Shown: positions 1-11,800, numbered from the stretch's first letter. The stretch: DNA of 64,000 bases from Bdellovibrionota bacterium (GCA_965207455.1 CBDBMJ010000001.1:1728001-1792000), one strand, 5' to 3'. The notes: generated by a model from the sequence alone, not told the origin. Program-made: numbers and translations.

Positions 1-2
1 AT

Positions 3-224
3 CGTCACACTGGATTCCCTGGAGGAATAAAAGTGCGTACAGCAAAAGAGCAGTTTGCACGCAAGCCAGAGGAAATTTTACGAAAAGCAGTATGGGGCAT
101 GATGAATAAGAGTAACCTCGCCCGACGACAACTCATGAAATTAAAAATTTATACAGGACCGGAACATCCCCATCTGGCACAAAACCCCAAACCATTGGTA
201 ATTAGTGCTGCAGCCAGAAAGTAA
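3..224 (+). CDS. rplM: 50S ribosomal protein L13, C-terminal part (gene starts before the window)
   Basis: Frame is open from nt 3 (RHTGFPGG...KPEEILRKAVWGM...KLKIYTGPEHPHLAQNP); directly upstream of rpsI. Confidence 0.97.
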   Translation, partial: RHTGFPGGIKVRTAKEQFARKPEEILRKAVWGMMNKSNLARRQLMKLKIYTGPEHPHLAQNPKPLVISAAARK

Positions 225-239
225 GGAGACAGTAAAAAT

Positions 240-638
240 ATGGACACTGATGAAGTAATACATGCCGTTGGCAAGCGTAAGCGATCCAAGGCTAGGGTAT
301 ATATGAAAGCTGGTTCAGGAAAGTTTATGGTCAATCATAAGACCATGGAAGAATATTTTGTTCGTCCCACTAGTCGACTTATTATCGAGCAACCACTAGA
401 TTTAATAAAAGAAAAAGACATGTGGGATATTTATGTAAATGTCTGTGGAGGCGGTCCTTCTGGTCAAGCAGGGGCCACTCGCCACGGAATTGTACGTGCC
501 TTGGTAAAAGCGGATACTGAGAAGAACCGGGCTATTTTGAGAAAAGAAGGTTTGCTGACAAGGGACGCACGTAAGGTGGAACGTAAAAAGTATGGTCGCC
601 GTGGTGCTCGCCGTAGCTTCCAGTTTTCTAAACGATAA
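240..638 (+). CDS. rpsI: 30S ribosomal protein S9
   Basis: GKRKRSKARV, GGGPSGQAGA, LLTRDARKVERKKYG...QFSKR motifs. Confidence 0.98.
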   Translation: MDTDEVIHAVGKRKRSKARVYMKAGSGKFMVNHKTMEEYFVRPTSRLIIEQPLDLIKEKDMWDIYVNVCGGGPSGQAGATRHGIVRALVKADTEKNRAILRKEGLLTRDARKVERKKYGRRGARRSFQFSKR

Positions 639-640
639 TT

Positions 641-1105
641 TTACAATTGCTGGCGAAGAGCCTCGTATACTACAACCGCGCTAGCATTGGCTAAATTTAT
701 ACATCGAACATTATTCGAGGGCATGGGAATATTTAAAAAGGCCTCCTTGGGTTCTTCCTTATGGATGGCATCGGGGAGACCCGTGGTTTCTTTGCCAAAG
801 ATAAAAAAGTCTTTATAGGAAAATTTTGTGTCGTAGATATTTTTTTTACCGAACTTGCTGATAAACCAAAGATTAGAATCTGGGGGCACTTGCTCTTTAA
901 ATGTGCCAAAAGATTCATATACATGGAGCTTCACATGTTTCCAATAATCTAGCCCGGCTCTACGCACAGCTTTTTCCGAAAGGTCGAAGCCTAGCGGTTT
1001 AATAAGATGAAGTTGTGTGTTCGTGGCTACGCAAAGTCGGGCGATGCTCCCTGTGTTTTGGGGAATAAGAGGTTCCACTAAAACTATATGAAATTCTTTT
1101 TCCAT
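641..1105 (-). CDS. trmL: tRNA (cytidine/uridine(34)-2'-O)-methyltransferase, SPOUT family
   Basis: IVLVEPLIPQNTGSIARLC, RRAGLDYW, FGKETTGLP, NLANASAVVVYEALRQ. Confidence 0.95.
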   Translation of the reverse strand: MEKEFHIVLVEPLIPQNTGSIARLCVATNTQLHLIKPLGFDLSEKAVRRAGLDYWKHVKLHVYESFGTFKEQVPPDSNLWFISKFGKKNIYDTKFSYKDFFIFGKETTGLPDAIHKEEPKEAFLNIPMPSNNVRCINLANASAVVVYEALRQQL

Positions 1106-1106
1106 C

Positions 1107-2414
1107 TCATGGACGAATATAGTTAATCATTCTTGGGAAGGGGATTGTTTCTCTCACATGATCCAGACCGCAGATCCAGGCAACCATTCGTTCCAAGCCC
1201 AAACCAAAGCCAGCGTGGGGAACGGATCCATACCTCCGCAGATCTAAGTACCACTCGTATTCTTTTTCATCCAGTCCGTACTGTTGGATGTTTTTTTTCA
1301 AAATATCCACATCGAATTCACGTTCGCTCCCACCAATAATTTCTCCGTAGCCGTGGGGAGCGATAAGATCAAACCCAAGGACTGTTCGTGGATCTTTATC
1401 GTTTTGTTTAAAATAAAAGGATTTCATCTCCTTGGGAAACTCTTTTATAAAAACAGGCATGCCTTTAAAAATAGAGCCTAGTTTTGTTTCTTCAGGGGCT
1501 CCAAAATCATCTCCCCACTTGAGCGACCCTCCATGCTTATTGAGTACATCTATGGCTTCTTCATAAGAGATCACGGGGAAAGTTTTCTGAGTTAAAAGTT
1601 CAAGGTCGCTTCTATCTCTTCCTAGAGTAGTGAGCTCTTCTCCGCAGACTTCCAGTACATTTTTTACCACTGTGGTGATAAATTCTTGGGCTAGATCCAT
1701 TACTCCGTTCATGTCGCAAAAGGCAACCTCTGGCTCTATCATCCAAAACTCAGTCAAATGTTTTCTCGTCTTAGATTTTTCAGCACGAAAGGTTGGTGCA
1801 AATGTATAGGTTTTTCCCAAAGCCATGGCACCCGCCTCGGCATAGAGCTGACCCGATTGGGTCAAATAGGCTCTGCTATCAAAGTACTCTGTTTCAAATA
1901 GATCGCTAGTACCTTCGCAAGCGCTGGGTGTGAGTATGGGTGGATCCATTAAGACAAATCCCCGTTCGTCAAAAAAGTTTCGAATAAGGGAGTTTATTTT
2001 TGCCCGGGTTCGCAAGATGGCCACTTGCCTGGGTGTGCGCAACCAAAGGTGACGATTTTGCATTAAGAACTCCACACCATGTTCCTTGTGACTAATGGGA
2101 TAGCTGGGCTCTGCCATCTGAACGAGTTCTATTTTATGTACATCAATCTCATAAGTGCCCACTTTTTTATGGTGTTCTTTCACTGCACCTGTGACTGAGA
2201 TAGAGCTTTCTTGGGTAAGTTTTTTAGCTAGTTGAAAGGAATCTTCGTCGCAATCGTGGTTGGATACAATGGCTTGCAGGGTTTGGAGAGAGCCGTCGCG
2301 CAACTCCAAGAAACTAATTTTCCCCGAAGAACGACTATTATATAACCAGCAATGAATAGTAACCACTTGCTTGTTGTATTTTTTTATTTCTCCAATGCGA
2401 ACAATAGAGGACAT
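1107..2414 (-). CDS. asnS: Asparagine--tRNA ligase
   Basis: N-terminal OB fold, YLTQSGQLY, FRAEKSKTRKHLTEFWMIEPE, YLDLRRYGSVPHAGFGLGLER. Confidence 0.95.
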   Translation of the reverse strand: MSSIVRIGEIKKYNKQVVTIHCWLYNSRSSGKISFLELRDGSLQTLQAIVSNHDCDEDSFQLAKKLTQESSISVTGAVKEHHKKVGTYEIDVHKIELVQMAEPSYPISHKEHGVEFLMQNRHLWLRTPRQVAILRTRAKINSLIRNFFDERGFVLMDPPILTPSACEGTSDLFETEYFDSRAYLTQSGQLYAEAGAMALGKTYTFAPTFRAEKSKTRKHLTEFWMIEPEVAFCDMNGVMDLAQEFITTVVKNVLEVCGEELTTLGRDRSDLELLTQKTFPVISYEEAIDVLNKHGGSLKWGDDFGAPEETKLGSIFKGMPVFIKEFPKEMKSFYFKQNDKDPRTVLGFDLIAPHGYGEIIGGSEREFDVDILKKNIQQYGLDEKEYEWYLDLRRYGSVPHAGFGLGLERMVAWICGLDHVRETIPFPRMINYIRP

Positions 2415-2426
2415 TCCCTTTACTCC

Positions 2427-3914
2427 TTAGTAGTGGGCAGCAAAGTCTATTAATGTGCGAACACCATGCCCTGTGGCTCCGTGGGAGCAGTACGGTAGGT
2501 GTGGCTGATTCCAAGCAGTTCCTGCGCAGTCAATATGTATCCATTTTGTTTTATCTTTTACAAACGCTTGTAAAAAAGCACCTGCCTTGGAGCTACCCGC
2601 ACCACGACCAGTACCAATATTGCGTAGGTCTCCAACTTTCCCTTTCATATCGTCGGCATATTCTTGATACAGGGGAAGCTCCCAATGCTTTTCTCCCGTA
2701 TTTTTTGCAGACTCCTTATATTTTTTCATTAAATCCTCGTTGTTACCCATAATAGCCGAGGCCACCTCACCAAGAGCCACCAATACAGCACCCGTAAGGG
2801 TAGCCATATCCAGTAGGGCATCTGGTTTTTTATCTTGGGCATAGTCTATGGCGTCTGCCAGTACAAGCCTTCCCTCGGCATCCGTATTCAGAACTTCAAT
2901 TGTTTTTCCTGAACGGGTGTGGAGGATCGTGCTAGGAACAATGGCATTGCCAGCAGGCATGTTTTCCGCAGACGCTATATAGGTATTGATTTGGTTGGGA
3001 CACTTTAGCTTGGCTGCCAATAGGGTAGCTGCTAACATATTGGCTCCACCACTCATATCGTGCTTCATCTCGTCCATTGCCCCGCCCGGCTTTAAGGAAA
3101 TACCACCAGTATCAAAAGTAATTGCCTTGCCCACGAAAGCGATTTTTTTCATATTCTTTTTGGGTCGAGTGGGTTTATATTCCAGTGAAATTAAACAAGG
3201 TGGATTTACAGAACCTTGACCCACACCAAGGATCCCACCCATATTTTCTTTTTTCAAAGCGACGGTATCAAGCACCTTGCATGTTACACCATATTCTTTG
3301 GCGTACTTTTTTACCCGCTTGGCAAGCTCCATGGGAACCAGCTTATTGCCTGGCTCGTTGGAAAGGTCTCTTGCAATAGCGATACATTCATATTTTGCTG
3401 TAGCAAAGGAAAGAGTTTCTTTGTCGAAGGAATTTTTTCCTGTGTAACAGTTCACATCCATGGATTTCTGTTTCTTTGGTTTCTTACCCTTATACAGATC
3501 AAAGGAATAACTCGCCAAAAGCAGCCCTTCGAGAAAGGCCAGAGAATCTTGCTTGTTGTTTTTGCTTTTCTTTTGAAAAAAAGAGTCCACAGCCAGTGCC
3601 ACTGTTTTTTGCTGCTCTTTTGCTAAATTCTTGTATACGTATGCCCCTCCCCGTCGGTACGTTTCTCCCAAAACCTGATCGGGTTTCCCGAGACCAAAAA
3701 ATAATAAATGGGGGCCTTTTGTTTGACGATAGAAATATGTGGAATCCCGCTTGCCAAAAAACACTCCATCCTTCACCAGAGAATCCAAAACGGAGGCGTA
3801 TGGCTTGAGACTGGGCCCCATCACTGCCTTTTCTCCCGCCTGAAACACACCCAGTACCAATGTGGACTCTTGCACCTTCGATAGGGAGGCTTTTTTATTG
3901 AGATTAATTTTCAT
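2427..3914 (-). CDS. pepA: Leucyl aminopeptidase (M17)
   Basis: GKAITFDTGGISLK, MKHDMSG, NTDAEGRLVLAD, WIHIDCAG. Confidence 0.95.
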   Translation of the reverse strand: MKINLNKKASLSKVQESTLVLGVFQAGEKAVMGPSLKPYASVLDSLVKDGVFFGKRDSTYFYRQTKGPHLLFFGLGKPDQVLGETYRRGGAYVYKNLAKEQQKTVALAVDSFFQKKSKNNKQDSLAFLEGLLLASYSFDLYKGKKPKKQKSMDVNCYTGKNSFDKETLSFATAKYECIAIARDLSNEPGNKLVPMELAKRVKKYAKEYGVTCKVLDTVALKKENMGGILGVGQGSVNPPCLISLEYKPTRPKKNMKKIAFVGKAITFDTGGISLKPGGAMDEMKHDMSGGANMLAATLLAAKLKCPNQINTYIASAENMPAGNAIVPSTILHTRSGKTIEVLNTDAEGRLVLADAIDYAQDKKPDALLDMATLTGAVLVALGEVASAIMGNNEDLMKKYKESAKNTGEKHWELPLYQEYADDMKGKVGDLRNIGTGRGAGSSKAGAFLQAFVKDKTKWIHIDCAGTAWNQPHLPYCSHGATGHGVRTLIDFAAHY

Positions 3915-4068
3915 ATTAGTTCCTTTCGTCTATTATTTCCTGTGGGAACAATACTACACCCACTCGGCACTTGTCTATTTTTCCTTGGAACTCCTTATGA
4001 TATGGACAATATAACTCGTCGCACCAAAGACTATTTCAGTTTTTATAAGTCAATTTGATTTAATATTC

Positions 4069-4358
4069 TTACTTAGACGGGGTTTGAAATAGACCTCGAA
4101 GAATCCAAGCAAAGAGTGCGATAGCAGCTGGGATCGTATATACAAAGGCAATTAGAATCTCAGTTTTCTTATAGTAAAGAGCAAAAAATACACATAAATA
4201 AAAAAGAAAGATTCGCGTACTTTAACTTCTCTTGCCTATCTTGCGCCAAACCTTTTACTGTCTTCAGTACTCTGAGCATGTTTTTTTGCGTCATGTAGTT
4301 CTGAGGAACGAAAAGAGTGTAGAAAACTCTCCCAATCTTTATGCTTATCTTCTGCCAT
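4069..4358 (-). pseudogene. Frameshifted small membrane protein, probable toxin partner of the adjacent Panacea antitoxin
   Basis: MAEDKHKDWESF... changes frame near 4250 into KGLAQDRQEKLKYANLSFYLCVFF...IALFAWILRGLFQTPSK*; directly downstream of the Panacea gene. Confidence 0.5.
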
Positions 4359-4370
4359 TATTTGCTATTT

Positions 4371-4859
4371 TTATGATTGGTCACTTGACTGTTGATTTGA
4401 TAATCTCTGATAATATTTTTTAATTGTTTCATTATCTATTGTTCTTCTTACTTGAGGCCACCCCTTAGAATCAAAGGCCTTAGTCCATGGTGTATCTGGC
4501 TTATGAGTTAAGCCCGATAATTCCCAAGCATCAAGTTCACCGTAAACGGTACAAACTGCCGTCATAATTTCTTTCTCTGGTTCAAAAAAATCAGAGCGTA
4601 TATCAAATCCTCCCACTAAAGCAGGTCTAAAAATTGGTCTTCTTTCGTAGTGCTTAAATTCCTCATATATAGATGGGAAAACTGGACCGAACTTCCATGC
4701 TTGAAGGCTTTCTGTCACTAAAGGATCATCGGTTGCTACAAGAGTAAATCCATGAGCTATAGCAGACAGTTTCAGGAGCTGCATAATTGTTAGTCCTTCT
4801 TTCTATGCTTTCCCTATAAGATGGTTTGCAACTGCTAATGGATGATGACCGTTTTTCAA
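4371..4859 (-). pseudogene. Panacea/SocA-like (DUF4065) antitoxin with an in-frame TAG
   Basis: GGAGGA then TTG at 4859; HPLAVANHLIGKA*KEGLTIMQLLKL...QAWKFGPVFPSIY...LSGLTHKPDTPW; TAG at 4803-4805 is in frame. Confidence 0.75.
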
Positions 4860-5117
4860 TGTTATATTCCTCCGTTTTCCTTGATTTCCTATTATCTACT
4901 GCTCTTATACTATTTTATCATAGGAGAGTCTTATTTATTTCCTCAATTAGCAACGCTTATAAGGAGTGGACCCCTCCTCCAAAAAACAAAAAGCCCTTTA
5001 AAAACAGACATTTACAAAATTATCGGAAAACAAGACCTTTTTGCTTTACTTTTACGTCAATATGCACTAAAATACCGCAAGTATTCATTGCCAAAGGCTT
5101 TTGAATAAAGGAGGAAA

Positions 5118-6161
5118 ATGGAAAATAAGAAGTTACTATTTATAGCTGCTGCCCTTTTGCTACTAGCACCTCAGGTTGCTACAGGTGAAATAGAAGACTG
5201 TTATTCCCAAGAACATTATGAAAAAGTAACTAGAACTATTCCTCCTGCAAAGCTCTGTGGTGCCAAGCTATCGGGTGCAAATCTAATTGCTGTGAACTTA
5301 CTTCAGGCGAATCTGAATCATGCAGATCTAAGTGGAGCAAAGCTGTGGCATGCAACTCTAAATGGAGCAAATCTAAGTGATGCAAATCTAAGTGGTGCAC
5401 AACTAAGTGATGCAAATCTAAATGGAGCAAATCTAAGCAATGCAATTCTAAATGGAGCAAATCTAAGTAATGCAATTCTAAATGGAGCAAAACTGAACCA
5501 TGCGGATCTAAGTGGCGCAGAAATGCCGAATGCGGTTCTAAGTGGCACAAAAATGTCGTTTGCGATTCTAAATAATGTGAATCTAAGAAGAGCAATAATG
5601 CCCTATGCGGATCTGAATCATGCAAAACTAATTAATACGATTCTAGATTATGCGGATCTAAGTAATGCAAATCTAAGTCATGCGGATCTAAGTGGCACAG
5701 ATATGTTATTTGCAAATCTAAGTCATGCAAAATTAAGGGGGGCAATACTAATTCATACAAATCTATATGGAGCAAATCTAAGTGGTGTGGAACTCAATAA
5801 TATGGATCTACATCATGCAACACTAACTGCTGCAACACTAATTGGTACAAATCTAAGTGGAGCGAATCTACATTATGCAAGCCTAAATGCTGCAAATCTA
5901 AGTCATGCGGATCTAAGCAATGCGATTCTCAGTAAAGCAAATCTATTTGCTGCGAAACTGTATGAGGCAGACCTAAGTGGGGCAGATTTGGAAGGTGTGG
6001 ATATGCGGTATGCAAAGATTGATGAGAAAACGAACTTCGCAGGTGCGAACCTTGCAGGTGCAAAATTGGACAAAGCAGTGCTGTGCAGAGCGAAAAAAGA
6101 TAATGCAAAATTAGGCTTCGAGAACACATTAATTGCATTTTTTCAGTGTAGTACTGACTAA
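5118..6161 (+). CDS. Secreted pentapeptide-repeat protein
   Basis: Signal-peptide-like N-terminus followed by a long run of A(N/D)LxG-type pentapeptides; AAGGAGG RBS. Confidence 0.92.
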   Translation: MENKKLLFIAAALLLLAPQVATGEIEDCYSQEHYEKVTRTIPPAKLCGAKLSGANLIAVNLLQANLNHADLSGAKLWHATLNGANLSDANLSGAQLSDANLNGANLSNAILNGANLSNAILNGAKLNHADLSGAEMPNAVLSGTKMSFAILNNVNLRRAIMPYADLNHAKLINTILDYADLSNANLSHADLSGTDMLFANLSHAKLRGAILIHTNLYGANLSGVELNNMDLHHATLTAATLIGTNLSGANLHYASLNAANLSHADLSNAILSKANLFAAKLYEADLSGADLEGVDMRYAKIDEKTNFAGANLAGAKLDKAVLCRAKKDNAKLGFENTLIAFFQCSTD

Positions 6162-6301
6162 TGCAAAGAGCCAAGGGCAAGCCCATATTCCTCTTGGAGA
6201 GCGTTTCTAGCATATTGATGTAATGGAAAAATTTAAAAAAGTATGTAAAGAAACGGTAGAAAATCATTCATTAAGAGAACTTTTAGTGCTAAAATAATGC
6301 A

Positions 6302-7696
6302 GTGCTGACTCGTACACACCAAAAAATCGGATTGTTGCTATCCCTTTCAGACGCTCTTGGTCTGCTTGCTTCTTGGGCGCTTGCTTATTATTTACGTTTT
6401 CATACGGAGATTATTACCGTTACCAAAGGGATTCCTCTGCTTTCCGTTTATATTTATCTTGCTGTTCCTATTATTTTGGTGTGGTTTTTGGTTTTCCACT
6501 ATTTTCATCTCTATGGCTATAAGGCTCTGTTGAAAAATATAACGCCAGTTGTGGAATTGTTTTCTGCCCATGGGTTGGCGTTGCTGATTTTTTTAGCCCT
6601 GCTGTATTTTCATTCGGAGTATTACTATAGCCGGGTGGTGGTTATTTATTTTGGTTTTTTGTCGGGTGTTTATCTTTTGGGGTCGCGGTTGCTCTTGTCT
6701 AAGCTGCTGCGCTATTCAGCCGAACAATGGGATCAGAAAAAACCCATTCTAATCGTGGGTATGGGAAAAACAGCCCAGGCCATGGTGTCTCGGATAGAAA
6801 ATAATCCTGAGCTTCGTCTGTCCATTCAAGGATTTTTACACCAAGGTGGGGAGGCTCCCGATTCCCCTTACCCTGTGCTGGGAGGCTATGACGATATTCT
6901 TTCCGTCGTAAAAGAACAGCATATTCAAAAAGTTCTCATTGCTTTGCCCAGAGAGGAGGCAAAGTTTCAAACGCCCGTACTGGAGTCTTTGTCGAAAACC
7001 ACGGTGGAGTTAGGCCTTGTTCCCGACACGTACGAATATGTGGTATTGAGTTGCAAGGTAGAGGATTTTGACGGGATTCCCGTAATCAACCTCAACGAGG
7101 CTCCCATTAATCTCTCCGGTAAAATTGCAAAGCGTGTTCTTGACATATCTTTCTCCCTCCTTGCTATTGCTCTTTTTGCTCCAGTGATGCTGATCATTTG
7201 CATTGCCATTAAGTTGACGAGCAAGGGACCCATACTCTACCGTCAGCAACGCATGAGTCTCGATGGTCACCTTTTTTCCATGTGGAAGTTTCGTTCCATG
7301 CATGTGGGAGCCGAGGATACGGCAGGTCCTGTGTGGGCCGCTTCTAACGATTCACGGAGAACGTCTCTTGGCACTTTTCTTCGAACCACCAGCTTAGATG
7401 AGTTACCTCAGTTTTTTAATGTGCTTGGGGGAAATATGTCTTTGGTGGGACCAAGGCCGGAGCGACCTAATTTTGTGGACGAGTTCCGCCATAGTATTCC
7501 AAAGTACATGTACCGTCACAAAATAAAATCGGGCATTACGGGGTGGGCGCAAATTAATGGCTTGAGAGGAAACACCAGCTTAGAGAAAAGGCTGGAATTG
7601 GACCTCTATTATATTAAAAACTGGAGCCTGCTCCTAGATATTAAAATCCTTCTCCTAACTCCCATAAAGAGTTTGGCCGATAAAAATGCGTATTAA
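6302..7696 (+). CDS. wcaJ: Undecaprenyl-phosphate glucose phosphotransferase (WcaJ/GumD family)
   Basis: N-terminal TM helices, CoA-binding-like domain, KFRSM, LDELPQFFNVLGGNMSLVGPRPERP, GITGWAQING. Confidence 0.88.
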   Translation: MLTRTHQKIGLLLSLSDALGLLASWALAYYLRFHTEIITVTKGIPLLSVYIYLAVPIILVWFLVFHYFHLYGYKALLKNITPVVELFSAHGLALLIFLALLYFHSEYYYSRVVVIYFGFLSGVYLLGSRLLLSKLLRYSAEQWDQKKPILIVGMGKTAQAMVSRIENNPELRLSIQGFLHQGGEAPDSPYPVLGGYDDILSVVKEQHIQKVLIALPREEAKFQTPVLESLSKTTVELGLVPDTYEYVVLSCKVEDFDGIPVINLNEAPINLSGKIAKRVLDISFSLLAIALFAPVMLIICIAIKLTSKGPILYRQQRMSLDGHLFSMWKFRSMHVGAEDTAGPVWAASNDSRRTSLGTFLRTTSLDELPQFFNVLGGNMSLVGPRPERPNFVDEFRHSIPKYMYRHKIKSGITGWAQINGLRGNTSLEKRLELDLYYIKNWSLLLDIKILLLTPIKSLADKNAY

Positions 7697-8819
7697 CAAT
7701 ACTCTTCATCGTTATATTCTTTATGAGGTGTTTCGTCCATTTATCGGAAGTTTGGCTTTTTTTATTTTTATTGCTTTAGTGTTCCAACTCATTCGATTTT
7801 CTGACTTTTTGCTGGTTCATCATGGAGACTTTGGCTCTTTCTTCCGGCTCCTCTTGTATTTAACTATTTATTTACTTCCTACCACTGTGCCTATTTCCTT
7901 TTTCTTGGCTGTTTTGATTGGCTGTGGTCGTTTGTCTGGCTATAGTGAGGTGACGGCTCTGCGTGCTTCAGGCATGTCCTTATTTCAATTTATGACTCCT
8001 ATTATTGCTTTAGGTTTTTTTATCTCTTTATGCAGCCTTGTACTCAACTTACATTTTGTTCCCTGGGGGGACAGAATGTTTCGTCAAGAAATCATTGAAA
8101 TAGGAAGGAAGAAAATAGCTACCAATATCCGCACAGAACGATTTACAAGAAACTTCTTCAACATGGTTCTATACGCAGACGACGTGAACAAAGAGGGAAC
8201 TGTACTAAAAAAACTATTTATCACAGACGAGTCCATTAAGAGTTCCCCAATGACCATAGTAGCGAAAGAGGGGATATTCTTAAACAGCGGCAACCAAGGT
8301 GGTGAGGATGGTGATCTCATCCTACGTTTAAAAAACGGGTCACTACACCGAAGCAGAAAGCAGGGTTATTATAACGAACTCATACAATTCTCCACCTACG
8401 ACATTCTATTAAAAATAACAACCTCAGAGATAATGAGCCTCAATAAACCAAAATCAATGGACCATGAATTATTGGTAAAAAAAATAAACAAATTAGAAAA
8501 AAATCCCAAAAAAACAAAAGGAAATCAGAAAAGCATCCGCCGCCTCAAGGTGGAGTTTTGGAAACGCTATGCCCTTTCTGGCTCCTGCCTAGTCTTTGCT
8601 TTTATGGGTGTGGGCTTTGGTATTGTTCGAACCCGTTCTGTGCGCACAAGCTCTCTTCTCATTAGCCTTATCTTCCTGATGGGTTACTGGATTCTTTCCC
8701 GTCTGGGTTTGTATTGGGGAGAGAATAATATACTCTCTCCCTTTCTTTCTATATGGTTGCCAAATTTTTTATTACTGGGAGTTTCCGTTTTCTCCTTGCG
8801 TGGAGTTTGGAATAAGTAG
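7686..8819 (+). CDS. lptF: LPS export ABC transporter permease, LptF/LptG family
   Basis: RYILYE start, SEVTALRASGMS, three TMs + periplasmic domain + three TMs, WLPN at the C-terminus. Confidence 0.82.
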   Translation: MRINNTLHRYILYEVFRPFIGSLAFFIFIALVFQLIRFSDFLLVHHGDFGSFFRLLLYLTIYLLPTTVPISFFLAVLIGCGRLSGYSEVTALRASGMSLFQFMTPIIALGFFISLCSLVLNLHFVPWGDRMFRQEIIEIGRKKIATNIRTERFTRNFFNMVLYADDVNKEGTVLKKLFITDESIKSSPMTIVAKEGIFLNSGNQGGEDGDLILRLKNGSLHRSRKQGYYNELIQFSTYDILLKITTSEIMSLNKPKSMDHELLVKKINKLEKNPKKTKGNQKSIRRLKVEFWKRYALSGSCLVFAFMGVGFGIVRTRSVRTSSLLISLIFLMGYWILSRLGLYWGENNILSPFLSIWLPNFLLLGVSVFSLRGVWNK

Positions 8820-8858
8820 GTTTTATTTACAGTCGTATTGACACCGCATGAACGGAAA

Positions 8859-11800
8859 TTACCGATAGATGTAGATTGTTCGGGTTTCTTCCTTGCCCGA
8901 ACCTTCTAGTGCTCTACTTTGCTGACTGGGAGGAGGATTATTCTCCCCTCCGTAGCGTTTCTCGATAGATTCCTTATCGTAAATTGTAATGGCACGAAAA
9001 ACAGTATTGGTATCGGAGATTTCTTTCATTGCCGAAGAAGGACCATCATCACCTGTATTCTTTAGTCCCAAAAAGTGACCTAATGCATGAAGAATCACAG
9101 AGGGTAAATCATAAGCATCACTATTGGAAGAATCGTAAGTAAAATCGTTCTTTTTAGCGTTGACTATTATATCGGCAGAATAGATCTCTCCATGTTCGTA
9201 GGGAGTTCCCACATTTTTATTTCTTATTTTGAGATAGACTCGAGCCAGTACTTTAGAAGAAAGGGGAAGCGAACCCTTCTTGTTGCTATAGATTCCCATT
9301 GTACTATCTTCGTTGTAACTATCGCCATTATCATAGATTAATCTATCCACAGTAGTACTTGGCACAGTAAAAAAAGTGTAATTAATATCAGACCCACTGT
9401 TGTTCCATGCCCCCATCATTCCACCCAAAGTACTTAGTCCATCGCTAAAAAATTCGCTGACTTTAATATTAATACCACCACTTAATGCATCATCAGACCA
9501 GCGCTGCCATTTATCTGCCGACGGGGAAGAGTGAACATAATAAACACCGTTAGAGCAAGGGAGGATTTGTTCACCTACCGTTTGTTTCACAGAATAATAA
9601 TTACCTCCATAACTTGTCTCCAAGTCGTCTGGAACAGTGAATCTTCCCTTTTCATCTACAGAAACATCGAAACCAGCACCAGAGCAAGAGTTGTTTTTAT
9701 ACAAAGTAACCGTTGCATCTGTTTCCAAGTTTGTAACCTTTAACGTTGGTGTGTCATCAGTTCCCGGACTCTCGCTTATAAGGCTAAGCTCCGTGTTCAT
9801 TAAATTGCGCGTATAGAGTACCGCCCCGGAACAAGGGGAACTTTGTCCATTTACTGTTTGTTCAACAAAATAATAATTATCTCCAGAACTTGCCTCTAGG
9901 TTAGATGGAACGTCAAACCTTCCCTTTTCATCTACAGAGACATCGGAACCAGTACCCGAGCAAGAGTCGCTTTTATACAAAGTAACCGTTGCATCTGTTT
10001 CCAAGTTTGTAACCTTTAACGTTGGTGTGGTATCAGTCCCTGGGCTTTCGCTTAAAAGACTAAGGTTCAGAGTGGCGAAATTACGAAGATAGTACACTCC
10101 TGTAGAACAAGGGGAACTTTGTCCATTTACTGTTTGTTTAACAGAGTAAGAATTATCTCCGTAACTTGTCTCTAGGTCAGATGGAATGTCAAACCTTCCC
10201 TTTTCATCCATAGAAATATCGGAACCAGCACCAGAGCAAGAGCTGCTTTTATACAAAGTAACCGTTGCATCTGTTTCCAGGTTTGTAACCTTTAACGTTG
10301 GTGTAAGGTCTGTTCCTGGAGTCTCGCTTACAAGGATAAGATTCGGAGTGGTTAATAAACTACGAACATACTCCACCGCCTCAGAACAGGAGGAGACTTT
10401 TTCACCTACCGTTTGCTGAACAGAATAATAGTTATCACCGTGACTTGTCTCTAGGTTAGACGGAACTGTCACTCTCCCCTTTTCATCCAAAGAGACATTG
10501 GAACCAACACCAGAACAAGAGTTGTTTTTATACAAAGTAACCGTTGCATCTGTTTCCAAGTTTGTAACCTTTAACGTTGGTGTGCGGGCAAGCCCCGGAC
10601 TCTCGCTTAAAAGACTAAGGCCGGGGGTGCTTAATAAATCACGAACATATCTCACCGCCTCAGAACAAGGAGGGGTTTCTCCATCTACTATTTGTTGGGC
10701 AGAGTAATAATTATCTCCTAGACTTGTTTCTAGGTCAGATGGAACGTTAAACTTTCCTCTTTCACCTATAGTCACATTGAAAGCAGTACCAGAGCAGGCA
10801 GCATCCTTATACAAAACAATCACCGTACCTATTTCCAAGTTTGTAATCTTTAAGGTTGGTGTGGCGTCAGTTCCTTGCTCATCACCTACAAGACTAAGAT
10901 TGGGGGTAACCAATAAGCTGCGAACATAACTCACCACCTCAGAACAAGGAGGACTTTCTCCATCACTTAGCATTTGTTTAGCAGAATACTGATTATCTCC
11001 ATAAATTGCTTCTAGATCGGTTGGAACTTCAAATCTTCCTCCTTCACCTATAGCGACATCAAAACTAGTGCCAGAGCAGGCGGCATCCTTATACAAAGTA
11101 ATCATTGCACCCATCTCTAGATTTGTAATTTTCAGGATTGGTGTGGCATCCGCTCCCGGACTGCCACTCACAAGGCTAATATTTGGAATGATTAAATTGC
11201 GAACATACTCCACCACCACAGAACAGGGGGAGACTTTTTCATCTAATGTTTGTCTAACAGAATAATAATTATCTCCATGGCTTGTCTCCAGGTCAGACGA
11301 AACTTTGAATCTTCCCTTTTCATCCACAGAAACCTCGGAACCAGTTCCAGAGCAAGGCTCGTCTTTAGGGCCTTTATGCAAAGTAATCGTGGCACCTGGC
11401 TCTAGGCTTGTAACCTTTAACGTTGGTCTAAGGTCTGTCCCCGGACTATCATCCACAAGACTAAGGCTTGGAGTGATTAATAAACCACGAATATATTCCA
11501 CCGTTTTAGAGCAAGGAGGAATTGCTCCATCTACTATTTGTTGGGCAGAATAATAATTATCTCCGTAACTTGCTTCTAGCTCGGCTGGAACTTCGAATTT
11601 TTTATTTTCGTCCAGAACCATACTGTAGGCAGTACCAGAGCAAGGCTCATCTTTACTACCTTTATATAGGGCAACCGCTGCGCCCACCTCTAGGTTTGCA
11701 ATTTTTAAAGCTGGTGTGGCACTCGTTGACGGGTTTTCACTTGCAACACTGAGGTCTGGTTCGACTAATAAGCTGCGCTCATAGGCATTCAAATCAGAGC

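Noticed and set aside
4803..4805. In-frame TAG as stop-codon recoding
   Set aside because: TAG terminates many intact genes here (e.g. lptF, istB), and the neighbouring gene is also broken, so pseudogenisation is simpler.
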